NCBI GenBank assembly: GCA_047920975.1
Contig: JBLRXC010000003.1
Location: 1-61,725 of the forward strand
Length of the DNA stretch: 61,725 nt
Origin: Bacteroidales bacterium
Lineage (GTDB): Bacteria > Bacteroidota > Bacteroidia > Bacteroidales > JAADJA01
Direction: 5' to 3'
The notes beneath the pieces are model-generated. The model saw only the letters and a program-made list of their open reading frames with translations. It made no database searches and had not been told where the DNA came from. The translations under genes and the position numbers were made by a program. Shown piece by piece: positions 9,951 through 17,878 of the stretch (the stretch's first letter is position 1; every line of letters begins with the position of its first letter).

Positions 9951-12308
9951 TCAGAATTTAAAATTAAACGTAATGGCAGGAACAACACTGAAGAGGTAGG
10001 TCATTTCTGCTTTGGTGATCCCAGGATTGTCCTCATCCTGCACAAAATTGATTACCCATGGATTTTTCCGGCCATAAGCATTATAAACCGAAAGATTCCA
10101 TTCATAGTTGAGCTTCATCCCCGGCTTCTGTCTTCGAAAAAGGGATACTGAAAGGTCGAGCCGGTGGTAGTCGGGCATCCGGTAGCTGTTCCTGCCACTG
10201 AAAATGGGTACTGCCAGATCACCGAACAGGTATTTTCCAATGGGAAAAGTCACTGCGGAGCCAGTGTTGTAGACCCATGTAGCGCCCAGGGCCAGACGCT
10301 CAGAGGGCTCATAGCTCACAACCACTGAAACATCATGTGGCTTGTCATAGCCCGCCGGATAAAGGTTATTACCATTTATTTGTGCTATCTTCCTTTCAGT
10401 TCGGGAGAGTGTATAGCTTACCCAACCGCTTACCTTTTCAATTGTATAGCGCACAAGGAGTTCAATGCCATAGGCCCGGGTTTCTCCAAATCTCAGTTCG
10501 CCTTCATATTCCTTGTTGAGCAACAGGTCAGCATGGTCTTTAAAATCAATCGCATTCCTGCCATATTTGTAGTATGCTTCAGCCGATGCTTCAATTCTGT
10601 TTTTATCGAAGTTTCTGAAATATCCAAGTGCTATCTGATCAGCAATTTGTGGTTTGACGTTGGGAGACGACGGAAACCAGACATCCAGCGGAGTTCCTGC
10701 TGTGGAATTCTGAGCAAGGTGAATATACTGACGGGTCCTGGAATAGCTTGCTTTGACTGAAGAAACCTCGTTAAGCAGAAAAGTTGCGCCCATCCTTGGT
10801 TCCAGACCATGATAGGGGCTAAAGAATGCTCCGGATCCATAAACCGATGAATCAATCTTTGTATAATCCCCTGAGTAGTTGTAAATGGTGGAGGGGCCAA
10901 CATTTACAAAATGTGAATAACGCAATCCATATTTCAACGTCAGGCGGGCTCCTATGGATTGCTCGTTGCTGACATATAGCCCTGATTCAAGTGCATTGCT
11001 CGATTGAACCTCATATTCGGTCAGGAATGAGTTTTCTCCAATACCGCGGGCAACGCCCGGATTGAATTTATGATAAATCAAACTAATTCCGTAACGGATG
11101 GTATTGCTGGTATTCAGATAATATGTGAGATCACCCTTTATGCCGTAATCTTTCATTTGTGCCACCCAGTCGAATGAATTGGCTGAACCCTCAGGAACAC
11201 CTAACTGGTAATTGAATTCACTATAGACAAGGGTGGTATTGGTAAACATTTTTTGTGAAAAAAGATGATTCCAGCGGAAAGTAAAGGTCCGGTTCCCCCA
11301 TCCGATTTTGAAAAAGTCGTTTTTAAAAATATCGTCACCATAATAGGCCGACAGGTAAAACCGGTTGTTTTCGTTCGCCATCCAGTTTATTTTGCCATTG
11401 AGGTCGTAAAAATAAAGCTTGTTATTCCTGAGATTCTCATCTCTGGAAAGTTTGAGAAACAGATCGGCATAGGTTCTTCTGCCCGAAAGAATAAATGAGC
11501 CTCTGTTTTTTTCAACCGGTCCCTCAAGTGTCAGCCTGCTTGATATGGTTCCTATACCTCCGGTTGCGCTGAATTGCTTGTTGTTTCCATCCTTCATCCT
11601 TATGTCAACCAGTGATGCCAGTCGGCCTCCGGAGGAAGCCGGAATGTCACCTTTATAAAGTTTTACATCTTTGATGGCATCATTGTTAAACACAGAGAAA
11701 AAACCCATCAGGTGGGAAGCATTATATACAGTTGCTTCATCCAGTAAAATAAGGTTCTGGTCAAGACCACCGCCCCGCACACTGAATCCGGAGCTGCCTT
11801 CAGAAATCACCTGGACACCCGGCAATAGCTGAATGGCTTTGATGAGGTCAATCTCACCCATGAATGCCGGTATTTTCCGTATGGTTTTGATATCAAGATT
11901 GATTGAACTCATTTCGGTACGGGTAACATTCTCATTGAGCGCAGTTCCGGTTATTACCACCTCCTCCAGTTGCTGATTTGCCATGGTGAGTTCAACGTGG
12001 TAGGTGATATTTTCGCTGAGTTCAAAAACTTTTTCATGAGGTTCGTATCCGATATAAGAGTAGACAAATGTGTATTTTCCCGGTAACAGGCTGATGGAAT
12101 AAAAACCGTAAACATTTGCACTGGCTCCGGTTTTCAATTCCCTGACATAAACCGTTGCACCGATCAGGTCTTCACCCGTTCCGGCATCCCTTATATAGCC
12201 GCTCAATGTGATCCTGCCCTTTTGGTCAGATGTACCATCGGCCATCAGTGTAAGACCGCATGAGAAAAAAAACACGAATCCACACACGTATAATAGAGAC
12301 TTTTTCAT
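9951..12308 (-). CDS. TonB-dependent receptor with N-terminal carboxypeptidase-regulatory-like domain
   Basis: Start chosen at the ATG at 12308 (MKKSLLYVCGFVFFFSCGLTLMA signal). CarboxypepD_reg-like segment LSGYIRDAGTGEDLIGATVYV...YGFYSISLLPGKYTF. A plug region, then a C-terminal beta-barrel ending in the aromatic ...ITFNFKF. Confidence 0.85.
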   Translation of the reverse strand: MKKSLLYVCGFVFFFSCGLTLMADGTSDQKGRITLSGYIRDAGTGEDLIGATVYVRELKTGASANVYGFYSISLLPGKYTFVYSYIGYEPHEKVFELSENITYHVELTMANQQLEEVVITGTALNENVTRTEMSSINLDIKTIRKIPAFMGEIDLIKAIQLLPGVQVISEGSSGFSVRGGGLDQNLILLDEATVYNASHLMGFFSVFNNDAIKDVKLYKGDIPASSGGRLASLVDIRMKDGNNKQFSATGGIGTISSRLTLEGPVEKNRGSFILSGRRTYADLFLKLSRDENLRNNKLYFYDLNGKINWMANENNRFYLSAYYGDDIFKNDFFKIGWGNRTFTFRWNHLFSQKMFTNTTLVYSEFNYQLGVPEGSANSFDWVAQMKDYGIKGDLTYYLNTSNTIRYGISLIYHKFNPGVARGIGENSFLTEYEVQSSNALESGLYVSNEQSIGARLTLKYGLRYSHFVNVGPSTIYNYSGDYTKIDSSVYGSGAFFSPYHGLEPRMGATFLLNEVSSVKASYSRTRQYIHLAQNSTAGTPLDVWFPSSPNVKPQIADQIALGYFRNFDKNRIEASAEAYYKYGRNAIDFKDHADLLLNKEYEGELRFGETRAYGIELLVRYTIEKVSGWVSYTLSRTERKIAQINGNNLYPAGYDKPHDVSVVVSYEPSERLALGATWVYNTGSAVTFPIGKYLFGDLAVPIFSGRNSYRMPDYHRLDLSVSLFRRQKPGMKLNYEWNLSVYNAYGRKNPWVINFVQDEDNPGITKAEMTYLFSVVPAITFNFKF

Positions 12309-12531
12309 AAATAGTTTATCCATCCGTAACCGATGGCAAAAATGGCAACAATTTTCAATAATGGTAACAAAATTGAAAAGAATATAACTATCCTGTTGAT
12401 GTTTTGTTTTCCAGATGATACAATCAGATGACCGGAAGGTATGAAGGTATTTGAATATATCATGAATTTTTAGCTGCATACCCCCAAACAAACTTAAGTA
12501 TTTTTTGTTTTTTTGTCATAAAATGAAATAA

Positions 12532-13470
12532 ATGAACATATTTAAGGGAGTCTTATTTCTTTTTGTGTTGACTATCAGTCAATTTGGATGTGCTCAAAAT
12601 ATCGAAAATACTATGAATTATAACGCATTGACACCTGAAGAAGAACGGGTGATCATCGGAAAGGGAACGGAGCGCCCCTTTACGGGCGAATATTTAAATC
12701 ATAAAGAAGCAGGTACCTATACCTGTAAAAGATGTGATGAACCACTCTACAGGTCTCATGATAAATTTGACTCTAACTGTGGCTGGCCGAGTTTCGATGA
12801 TGAAATTGAGGGGGCAGTCAATCGCATCCCCGATCCCGACGGTATCCGGATTGAAATTGTTTGCGCCAACTGCGGCGGGCACTTGGGTCATGTGTTTGAA
12901 GGAGAGCGGTTTACGGAAAAAAATATAAGGCATTGTGTGAATTCTATTTCCCTGAATTTCATTCCTGACTCTGTAAAGACCGAAATAAAAACAGAGAGCG
13001 CTATTTTTGCGGGAGGGTGTTTCTGGGGCGTGGAATATTACCTGGAAAAGCACCCGGGTGTGATATCAGTTGTCTCGGGTTACATTGGTGGTCATAAAAA
13101 AAATCCAACCTATGAAGAGGTTTGTACCGGGAAAACCGGTCATGCAGAGGCTGTGGAAGTAATTTTTGATCCTGCTCAAACCACTTACGAAGATGTCGCA
13201 AGGCTTTTCTTTGAAATCCATGATCCGACACAGGTCAACAGGCAGGGACCTGACATAGGGGAGCAATACAGATCGGAAATATTTTACCTGGATGACACAC
13301 AGAAAAAGAGTGCTGAAAGGTTAGTCCGTATCCTTGAGGAAAAGGGATACCGGGTCGCAACCAGGGTTACCAAAGCGACAGAATTTTATGCAGCTGAAAA
13401 GTATCACCAGGATTATTACATGAACAAGGGAACGCTGCCCTATTGTCACGGTTATACAAAAAGGTTTTAA
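12532..13470 (+). CDS. msrAB: exported bifunctional methionine sulfoxide reductase (MsrB domain then MsrA domain)
   Basis: Signal/lipobox MNIFKGVLFLFVLTISQFGC. MsrB motifs CKRCDEPLY, CGWPSF, RHCVNS. MsrA motif GGCFWGVEYY. Confidence 0.9.
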   Translation: MNIFKGVLFLFVLTISQFGCAQNIENTMNYNALTPEEERVIIGKGTERPFTGEYLNHKEAGTYTCKRCDEPLYRSHDKFDSNCGWPSFDDEIEGAVNRIPDPDGIRIEIVCANCGGHLGHVFEGERFTEKNIRHCVNSISLNFIPDSVKTEIKTESAIFAGGCFWGVEYYLEKHPGVISVVSGYIGGHKKNPTYEEVCTGKTGHAEAVEVIFDPAQTTYEDVARLFFEIHDPTQVNRQGPDIGEQYRSEIFYLDDTQKKSAERLVRILEEKGYRVATRVTKATEFYAAEKYHQDYYMNKGTLPYCHGYTKRF

Positions 13471-13488
13471 CAATTAAACAAAACAGAT

Positions 13489-14232
13489 ATGATACCGCAT
13501 TTTAAAGGAAACACTCCATTTATTGATCTGGAGAAGAAAATAGAGGTTGACAAGGCCATGATTGATGATTTTGGTTTCAGCCTGATGCAGATGATGGAAC
13601 TGGCCGGCTTAAATCTCGCCATTCTGGCCAGAAACAACTTTCTCAGGAATAAACCTGCCGGGAAGAAAGTGATCGTTGTTGCCGGACCGGGAGGTAATGG
13701 CGGTGGCGTAATGGTTGCAGCCCGTCACCTGCACAACTGGGGAGCGGATGTTTCACTGGTTCTTTCATCCAAAGCAGGAAAATTCAATAAGGACACCATT
13801 TATCAGTTTTCGATTCTAAAAAAGCTCAACATTGAGGTTGTTGAAAAAATCGAAGAAGGGGATCTGATCATCGACGGGATGATAGGTTATGGCCTGAGTG
13901 GTGCACCCAAAGGCAGGATTGCCGAACTGATCAACCAGATCAATGGATCAGGTATCCCTGTATTGGCATTGGATGCTCCTTCAGGGCTTGACCTTTCTGA
14001 AGGAAAACCCTTAGATCCTTGTGTGAAAGCGAAAAGTACGTTAACGTTAGCCATTCCCAAAAGCGGACATTTCCGGATGCCGGCTTCCAAATTCATTGGC
14101 GAATTGTTTCTGGCTGACATCAGCGTTCCATTGGAACTTTACAAAGCAATGGGCATCGAAATCAAGGAACTGGCAAAGGCTTTTCAGGAAGGGAGTGTTG
14201 TAAAAATCAACAAGCTGGTTATATTCAGCTAA
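13489..14232 (+). CDS. nnrE: NAD(P)H-hydrate epimerase (YjeF N-terminal domain only)
   Basis: YjeF_N-like segment VIVVAGPGGNGGGVMVAARHL...DLIIDGMIGYGLSG...ALDAPSGLD. Confidence 0.7.
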   Translation: MIPHFKGNTPFIDLEKKIEVDKAMIDDFGFSLMQMMELAGLNLAILARNNFLRNKPAGKKVIVVAGPGGNGGGVMVAARHLHNWGADVSLVLSSKAGKFNKDTIYQFSILKKLNIEVVEKIEEGDLIIDGMIGYGLSGAPKGRIAELINQINGSGIPVLALDAPSGLDLSEGKPLDPCVKAKSTLTLAIPKSGHFRMPASKFIGELFLADISVPLELYKAMGIEIKELAKAFQEGSVVKINKLVIFS

Positions 14233-14234
14233 CT

Positions 14235-14804
14235 TTATTTTGCCAGCGATCTGACATAGTGTATGATCTTCCACCTGTTTTCAGGGGTTATCTGTGTGCC
14301 ATGCGGCCCCATCAATCCTGAAAGAGAACCGACGGTGATCACATGATAGATTTCACCATCGGGTTTGTCCTGCACATACGACCCAACCAGTGAAGTTGGC
14401 ATGGCTGTAAACAATTTGCTGGTAAAGAGATGACCATCTCCATTTCCCCCGGCGCCATGGCAACTCATGCAAAAAATATCGTATTGTTTTTTTCCTTCTG
14501 CCAGAACCTCCGTGGAGACCCCTACAGGGTTTATGAGTTCTTTCCCGGCTTTCACCTGGTTTTCAAAAGATTTGGGTTGATACGGGTAGGGTGTATATCC
14601 CCTTGGAATAGTGCCTTCAGCAGGTGCACGCATGGTTTTGCCCGTCTCAAACACAGGATTTTCGGAATAGGTTTCATAGGCCCGCGAATAGGTCATATCG
14701 GGATAGTATATATAACCGGGGCTATTGTGATCTCTTTTACAGGAAACCAGGATGAGGGTCAGCAAGACAACCGTGATAATGCTTCGAAAATGCTTCATGA
14801 TCAT
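14235..14804 (-). CDS. actE: alternative complex III monoheme cytochrome c lipoprotein (ActE-like)
   Basis: Lipobox LILVSC and a single CMSCH heme motif. Its ATG overlaps the TAA of the upstream ActF-like gene by 1 nt (TAATG). It is the last gene of the act operon. Confidence 0.65.
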   Translation of the reverse strand: MIMKHFRSIITVVLLTLILVSCKRDHNSPGYIYYPDMTYSRAYETYSENPVFETGKTMRAPAEGTIPRGYTPYPYQPKSFENQVKAGKELINPVGVSTEVLAEGKKQYDIFCMSCHGAGGNGDGHLFTSKLFTAMPTSLVGSYVQDKPDGEIYHVITVGSLSGLMGPHGTQITPENRWKIIHYVRSLAK

Positions 14805-15979
14805 TAATAGTTTGTGTGGTATTCTAAACTCTCTTGATAGAACGGATGGTTTTTAGGTGCCAGCGCTGTTTTGGTCAAACCATAAAAAATGGTCAACATG
14901 AAAAGTCCGGCATAGCCAACAGTCAATCCGATCTCGAGCCAACCGATGGAGGCTTCGTTCCCAACGGAACCGGGCATGATCATCAGGAATAAGTCAACCC
15001 AGTGCCCAATGAAGACAATACCTGCAACCGGAAGCAGCACCTGAAATACCCGCTTCGATTTCCGCGTCATCAATAGCAGGAGCGGAATCAGGAAATTCAG
15101 GATCAGGTTCATATAGAAAAGGATGTCGAAATATTTAAGCCTTTGATAGAAATAGATTGTTTCTTCAGGAATATTGGCATACCAGATCAGCATGTATTGC
15201 GAGAACCAGAGGTAAGCCCAGAAAATGCTGAATCCAAAGAGGTATTTCCCCAGGTCGTGAATATGCTCATCATTTACATGGACCATATACCCCATTTTTT
15301 TCAGGATGTAGAGGATGATGATCATCATAGCCACGCCTGCTGCCAGCATGCTCGAAAAAACATACCAGCCATAGAGTGTGCTGAACCAGTGTGCATCAAT
15401 GGACATCAGCCAGTCCCAGGAAGATGTTGAACTGGAAACTGCATAGAAAACAATAAACAGCGCAGAGAAAGTCCTCAATCTGTGGAAATACTTCAGGTCG
15501 CCCAGCTGATCAAGATTGCGGGAGGCCTTTTTCAGAAAGTGGATCAGCAGCATCCAGCCTGCAAAATAGACAACAAAACGGATGAAGAAGAATGGTGTAT
15601 TCAGGTATGCTACTTTCCCCAGAAGAATGGCATCAAGGTGTTCCGTATGTGTCCATTCAAAAAGGTGCGACATTCCTCCCAATGCGAAAAGCATCAGCAT
15701 CAGGATACCAGCAACAGGAACAAAGTCACCCATGACCTCTCCGATCCGTTGGACGCTTGTTTGCCACCCCGATTCGGCGATGGCATGAACGGCAACGAAG
15801 AAAATACCTATCAGTGCGATGCAAAGGAAATAATAATTATTCAGCAGCAAATTGGCAGCGATCCGTTCACCACCTGATCCTGTAAACAAACCAAGGGCAA
15901 GAGCCAGAAGGCCAATTGCAATCATCACAACACAGATGATGATGATGTTTTTGGTGAGCTTAAATGTTTGATTTTCCAT
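14804..15979 (-). CDS. actF: alternative complex III membrane subunit (ActF-like, quinol:cytochrome c oxidoreductase quinone-binding subunit 2)
   Basis: 391-aa polytopic membrane protein (about 10 hydrophobic helices) directly after the ActD-like gene. The assignment rests on operon context plus size and topology. Confidence 0.6.
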   Translation of the reverse strand: MENQTFKLTKNIIIICVVMIAIGLLALALGLFTGSGGERIAANLLLNNYYFLCIALIGIFFVAVHAIAESGWQTSVQRIGEVMGDFVPVAGILMLMLFALGGMSHLFEWTHTEHLDAILLGKVAYLNTPFFFIRFVVYFAGWMLLIHFLKKASRNLDQLGDLKYFHRLRTFSALFIVFYAVSSSTSSWDWLMSIDAHWFSTLYGWYVFSSMLAAGVAMMIIILYILKKMGYMVHVNDEHIHDLGKYLFGFSIFWAYLWFSQYMLIWYANIPEETIYFYQRLKYFDILFYMNLILNFLIPLLLLMTRKSKRVFQVLLPVAGIVFIGHWVDLFLMIMPGSVGNEASIGWLEIGLTVGYAGLFMLTIFYGLTKTALAPKNHPFYQESLEYHTNY

Positions 15980-15991
15980 AGTCAGTAATTG

Positions 15992-16510
15992 CTAAGCTTT
16001 GATTATGATTCCTTCTGCGCCGGTTCCGATAAGCGCCTTTTCAACATCTCTGGCACCCTGCCCGGCTGCCTCATCGTCGACTTTTAGAACGACCAGGAAT
16101 ATGTCATCTGTGATCCGTTCATCATGAATTACCGTTTTTGCACCGGGTCCGATTTTGCTGCGGACGAAGAATGCGATCACCATGGCAAAGGCTGCAAACA
16201 GTACCGCCAGTTCAAAGGTCACCGGTATAAATGAAGGAATGGAAAAGAAAGGCTTCCCTCCAAAATTGATTGGATAGGCCTTTGTGAAGACCCACGCCTG
16301 AAACCCAAACCCTATGATTGTACCCAGTGCGCCGGCGGCAAAGGCCACCCGGGTCAGCCTGGAGCGCTCAATCCTGAGGATTTTATCCAACCCGTGAACC
16401 GGAAAGGGTGTTAAAACATCCTTGATTTCAATTCCTTTTTCCTTTATCTGACGAAGTCCCTTCAAGAGGTCTTCCTCATCCTGATAGTATCCTGTGATAT
16501 ATTTATTCAT
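15992..16510 (-). CDS. actD: alternative complex III subunit ActD (DUF3341)
   Basis: 172 aa with a soluble N-terminal part and two hydrophobic helices (AFAAGALGTIIGFGF; VTFELAVLFAAFAMVIAFF). Positioned between ActC and ActF. Confidence 0.7.
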   Translation of the reverse strand: MNKYITGYYQDEEDLLKGLRQIKEKGIEIKDVLTPFPVHGLDKILRIERSRLTRVAFAAGALGTIIGFGFQAWVFTKAYPINFGGKPFFSIPSFIPVTFELAVLFAAFAMVIAFFVRSKIGPGAKTVIHDERITDDIFLVVLKVDDEAAGQGARDVEKALIGTGAEGIIIKA

Positions 16511-16513
16511 CTG

Positions 16514-17866
16514 TTATTTTTTTTCAGCTGATGATTTGAGCACACTTTTCACTTCGGCCATGGCGATAACAGGGAAAACCCTGATAAACAAAAGGAACAT
16601 TGTAAAGAACAGGCCAAAGGTTCCAACATAGAGCCCTACTTCAACCAGTGAGGGTTTATACATGGCCCAGCTTGACGGCAGAAAATCGCGGTGCAGGGAA
16701 GTCACAACGATGACAAATCGTTCGAACCACATACCAATATTGATGAAAATGGAGATCACAAAAGTAAACCAGAGGTTTCTTCTGAGTTTCCTGAACCAAA
16801 AGAGCTGGGGCGTGATCACATTGCAGGTCATCATGATCCAGTATGCCCAGGCATAAGGCCCGAAGGCACGGTTAAAGAATGCATATTGTTCATATTTCAC
16901 CCCGGAATACCAGGCCATGAAAAATTCAGTGAGATAGGCAATTCCAACAATGGAACCGGTCAATATGATGATCTTGTTCATGGATTCCACATGATCCACT
17001 GTAATATAGTCTTCCAGGTTGAGGGCTTTCCGGGTTACTATCAGCAAGGTGAGCACCATTGCAAACCCTGAGAAGATAGCTCCCGACACAAAATAGGGCG
17101 GAAAAATGGTGGTGTGCCAACCGGGTATGACAGAGGTGGCAAAGTCGAAACTCACGATGGTGTGAACCGAGAGGACCAGAGGTGCAGCCAGTCCGGCAAG
17201 CACAAGGCTGACGGTCTCGTGTCGCGACCAGTGCCTGGCTGAGCCGGTCCATCCAAAACTCAAAAAACCATAGACTGCCTTCTTGATTTTACTTACGGCT
17301 TTATCTCTTACTGTTCCAATATCAGGGATTAAACCAACATACCAGAAAAGTAATGATACAAAGAAATAGGTTGTCAGGGCAAAGACATCCCAAAGCAGCG
17401 GTGAGTTAAAATTAACCCATAAATCGCGTGTATTGGGGTAAGGGAAAATAAAGAAGCCAAGCAACAACCTCCCCATATGGATCAAAGGGAAAAATCCGGC
17501 ACATGCAATGGCAATCAAAGTCATGGCCTCGGCAGACCGGTTGATACTGGTTCTCCACTTCTGACGGAATAACAAAAGAATGGCAGAGATAAAGGTTCCT
17601 GCATGACCAATCCCTACCCACCACACAAAGTTGGTAATACCCCATCCCCATCCGATGGTCTTGTTCAATCCCCAGGTGCCGATTCCGTAAAAGACGGTGA
17701 AATAGGTTGCGACTGCTCCGCACAGGGCTGCAATCCCGGCGATGGTGATACCCATGTACCAATATTTGGAGGGTTTGCCAGCCATTGGCGCCAGGACATC
17801 CCGGGTTACCTGGCTGTAATTTTTATTCCCCCGTATGAGCGGTTCTCTGATTGGAGATACGTACAT
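16514..17866 (-). CDS. actC: alternative complex III NrfD/PsrC-like quinol-binding membrane subunit ActC
   Basis: 450-aa polytopic NrfD-family-like protein immediately downstream of the Mo-less molybdopterin/Fe-S subunit. Confidence 0.8.
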   Translation of the reverse strand: MYVSPIREPLIRGNKNYSQVTRDVLAPMAGKPSKYWYMGITIAGIAALCGAVATYFTVFYGIGTWGLNKTIGWGWGITNFVWWVGIGHAGTFISAILLLFRQKWRTSINRSAEAMTLIAIACAGFFPLIHMGRLLLGFFIFPYPNTRDLWVNFNSPLLWDVFALTTYFFVSLLFWYVGLIPDIGTVRDKAVSKIKKAVYGFLSFGWTGSARHWSRHETVSLVLAGLAAPLVLSVHTIVSFDFATSVIPGWHTTIFPPYFVSGAIFSGFAMVLTLLIVTRKALNLEDYITVDHVESMNKIIILTGSIVGIAYLTEFFMAWYSGVKYEQYAFFNRAFGPYAWAYWIMMTCNVITPQLFWFRKLRRNLWFTFVISIFINIGMWFERFVIVVTSLHRDFLPSSWAMYKPSLVEVGLYVGTFGLFFTMFLLFIRVFPVIAMAEVKSVLKSSAEKK

Positions 17867-17878
17867 TCCTGATAATTT

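Noticed and set aside
10335-10760. 141-aa plus-strand ORF; also 48167-48652 (161 aa) and 16691-17071 (126 aa).
   Set aside because: They are antisense shadows within the TonB receptor, rseP and actC respectively. They have no motifs and no room for independent expression signals.
12309-12491. N-terminal extension of the TonB receptor ORF (61 extra residues). Similar extensions occur on wecB (5003-5038), DUF4249 (9947-9988), actA (22070-22147), htpG (42669-42749), the 6315 TTG start, the 27855 TTG start and the 31109 TTG start.
   Set aside because: The extensions lack signal peptides or family-typical N-termini. Internal ATGs give canonical starts (signal peptides, MQKGTINVQTE for HtpG, MLNKLIRFF for RND).
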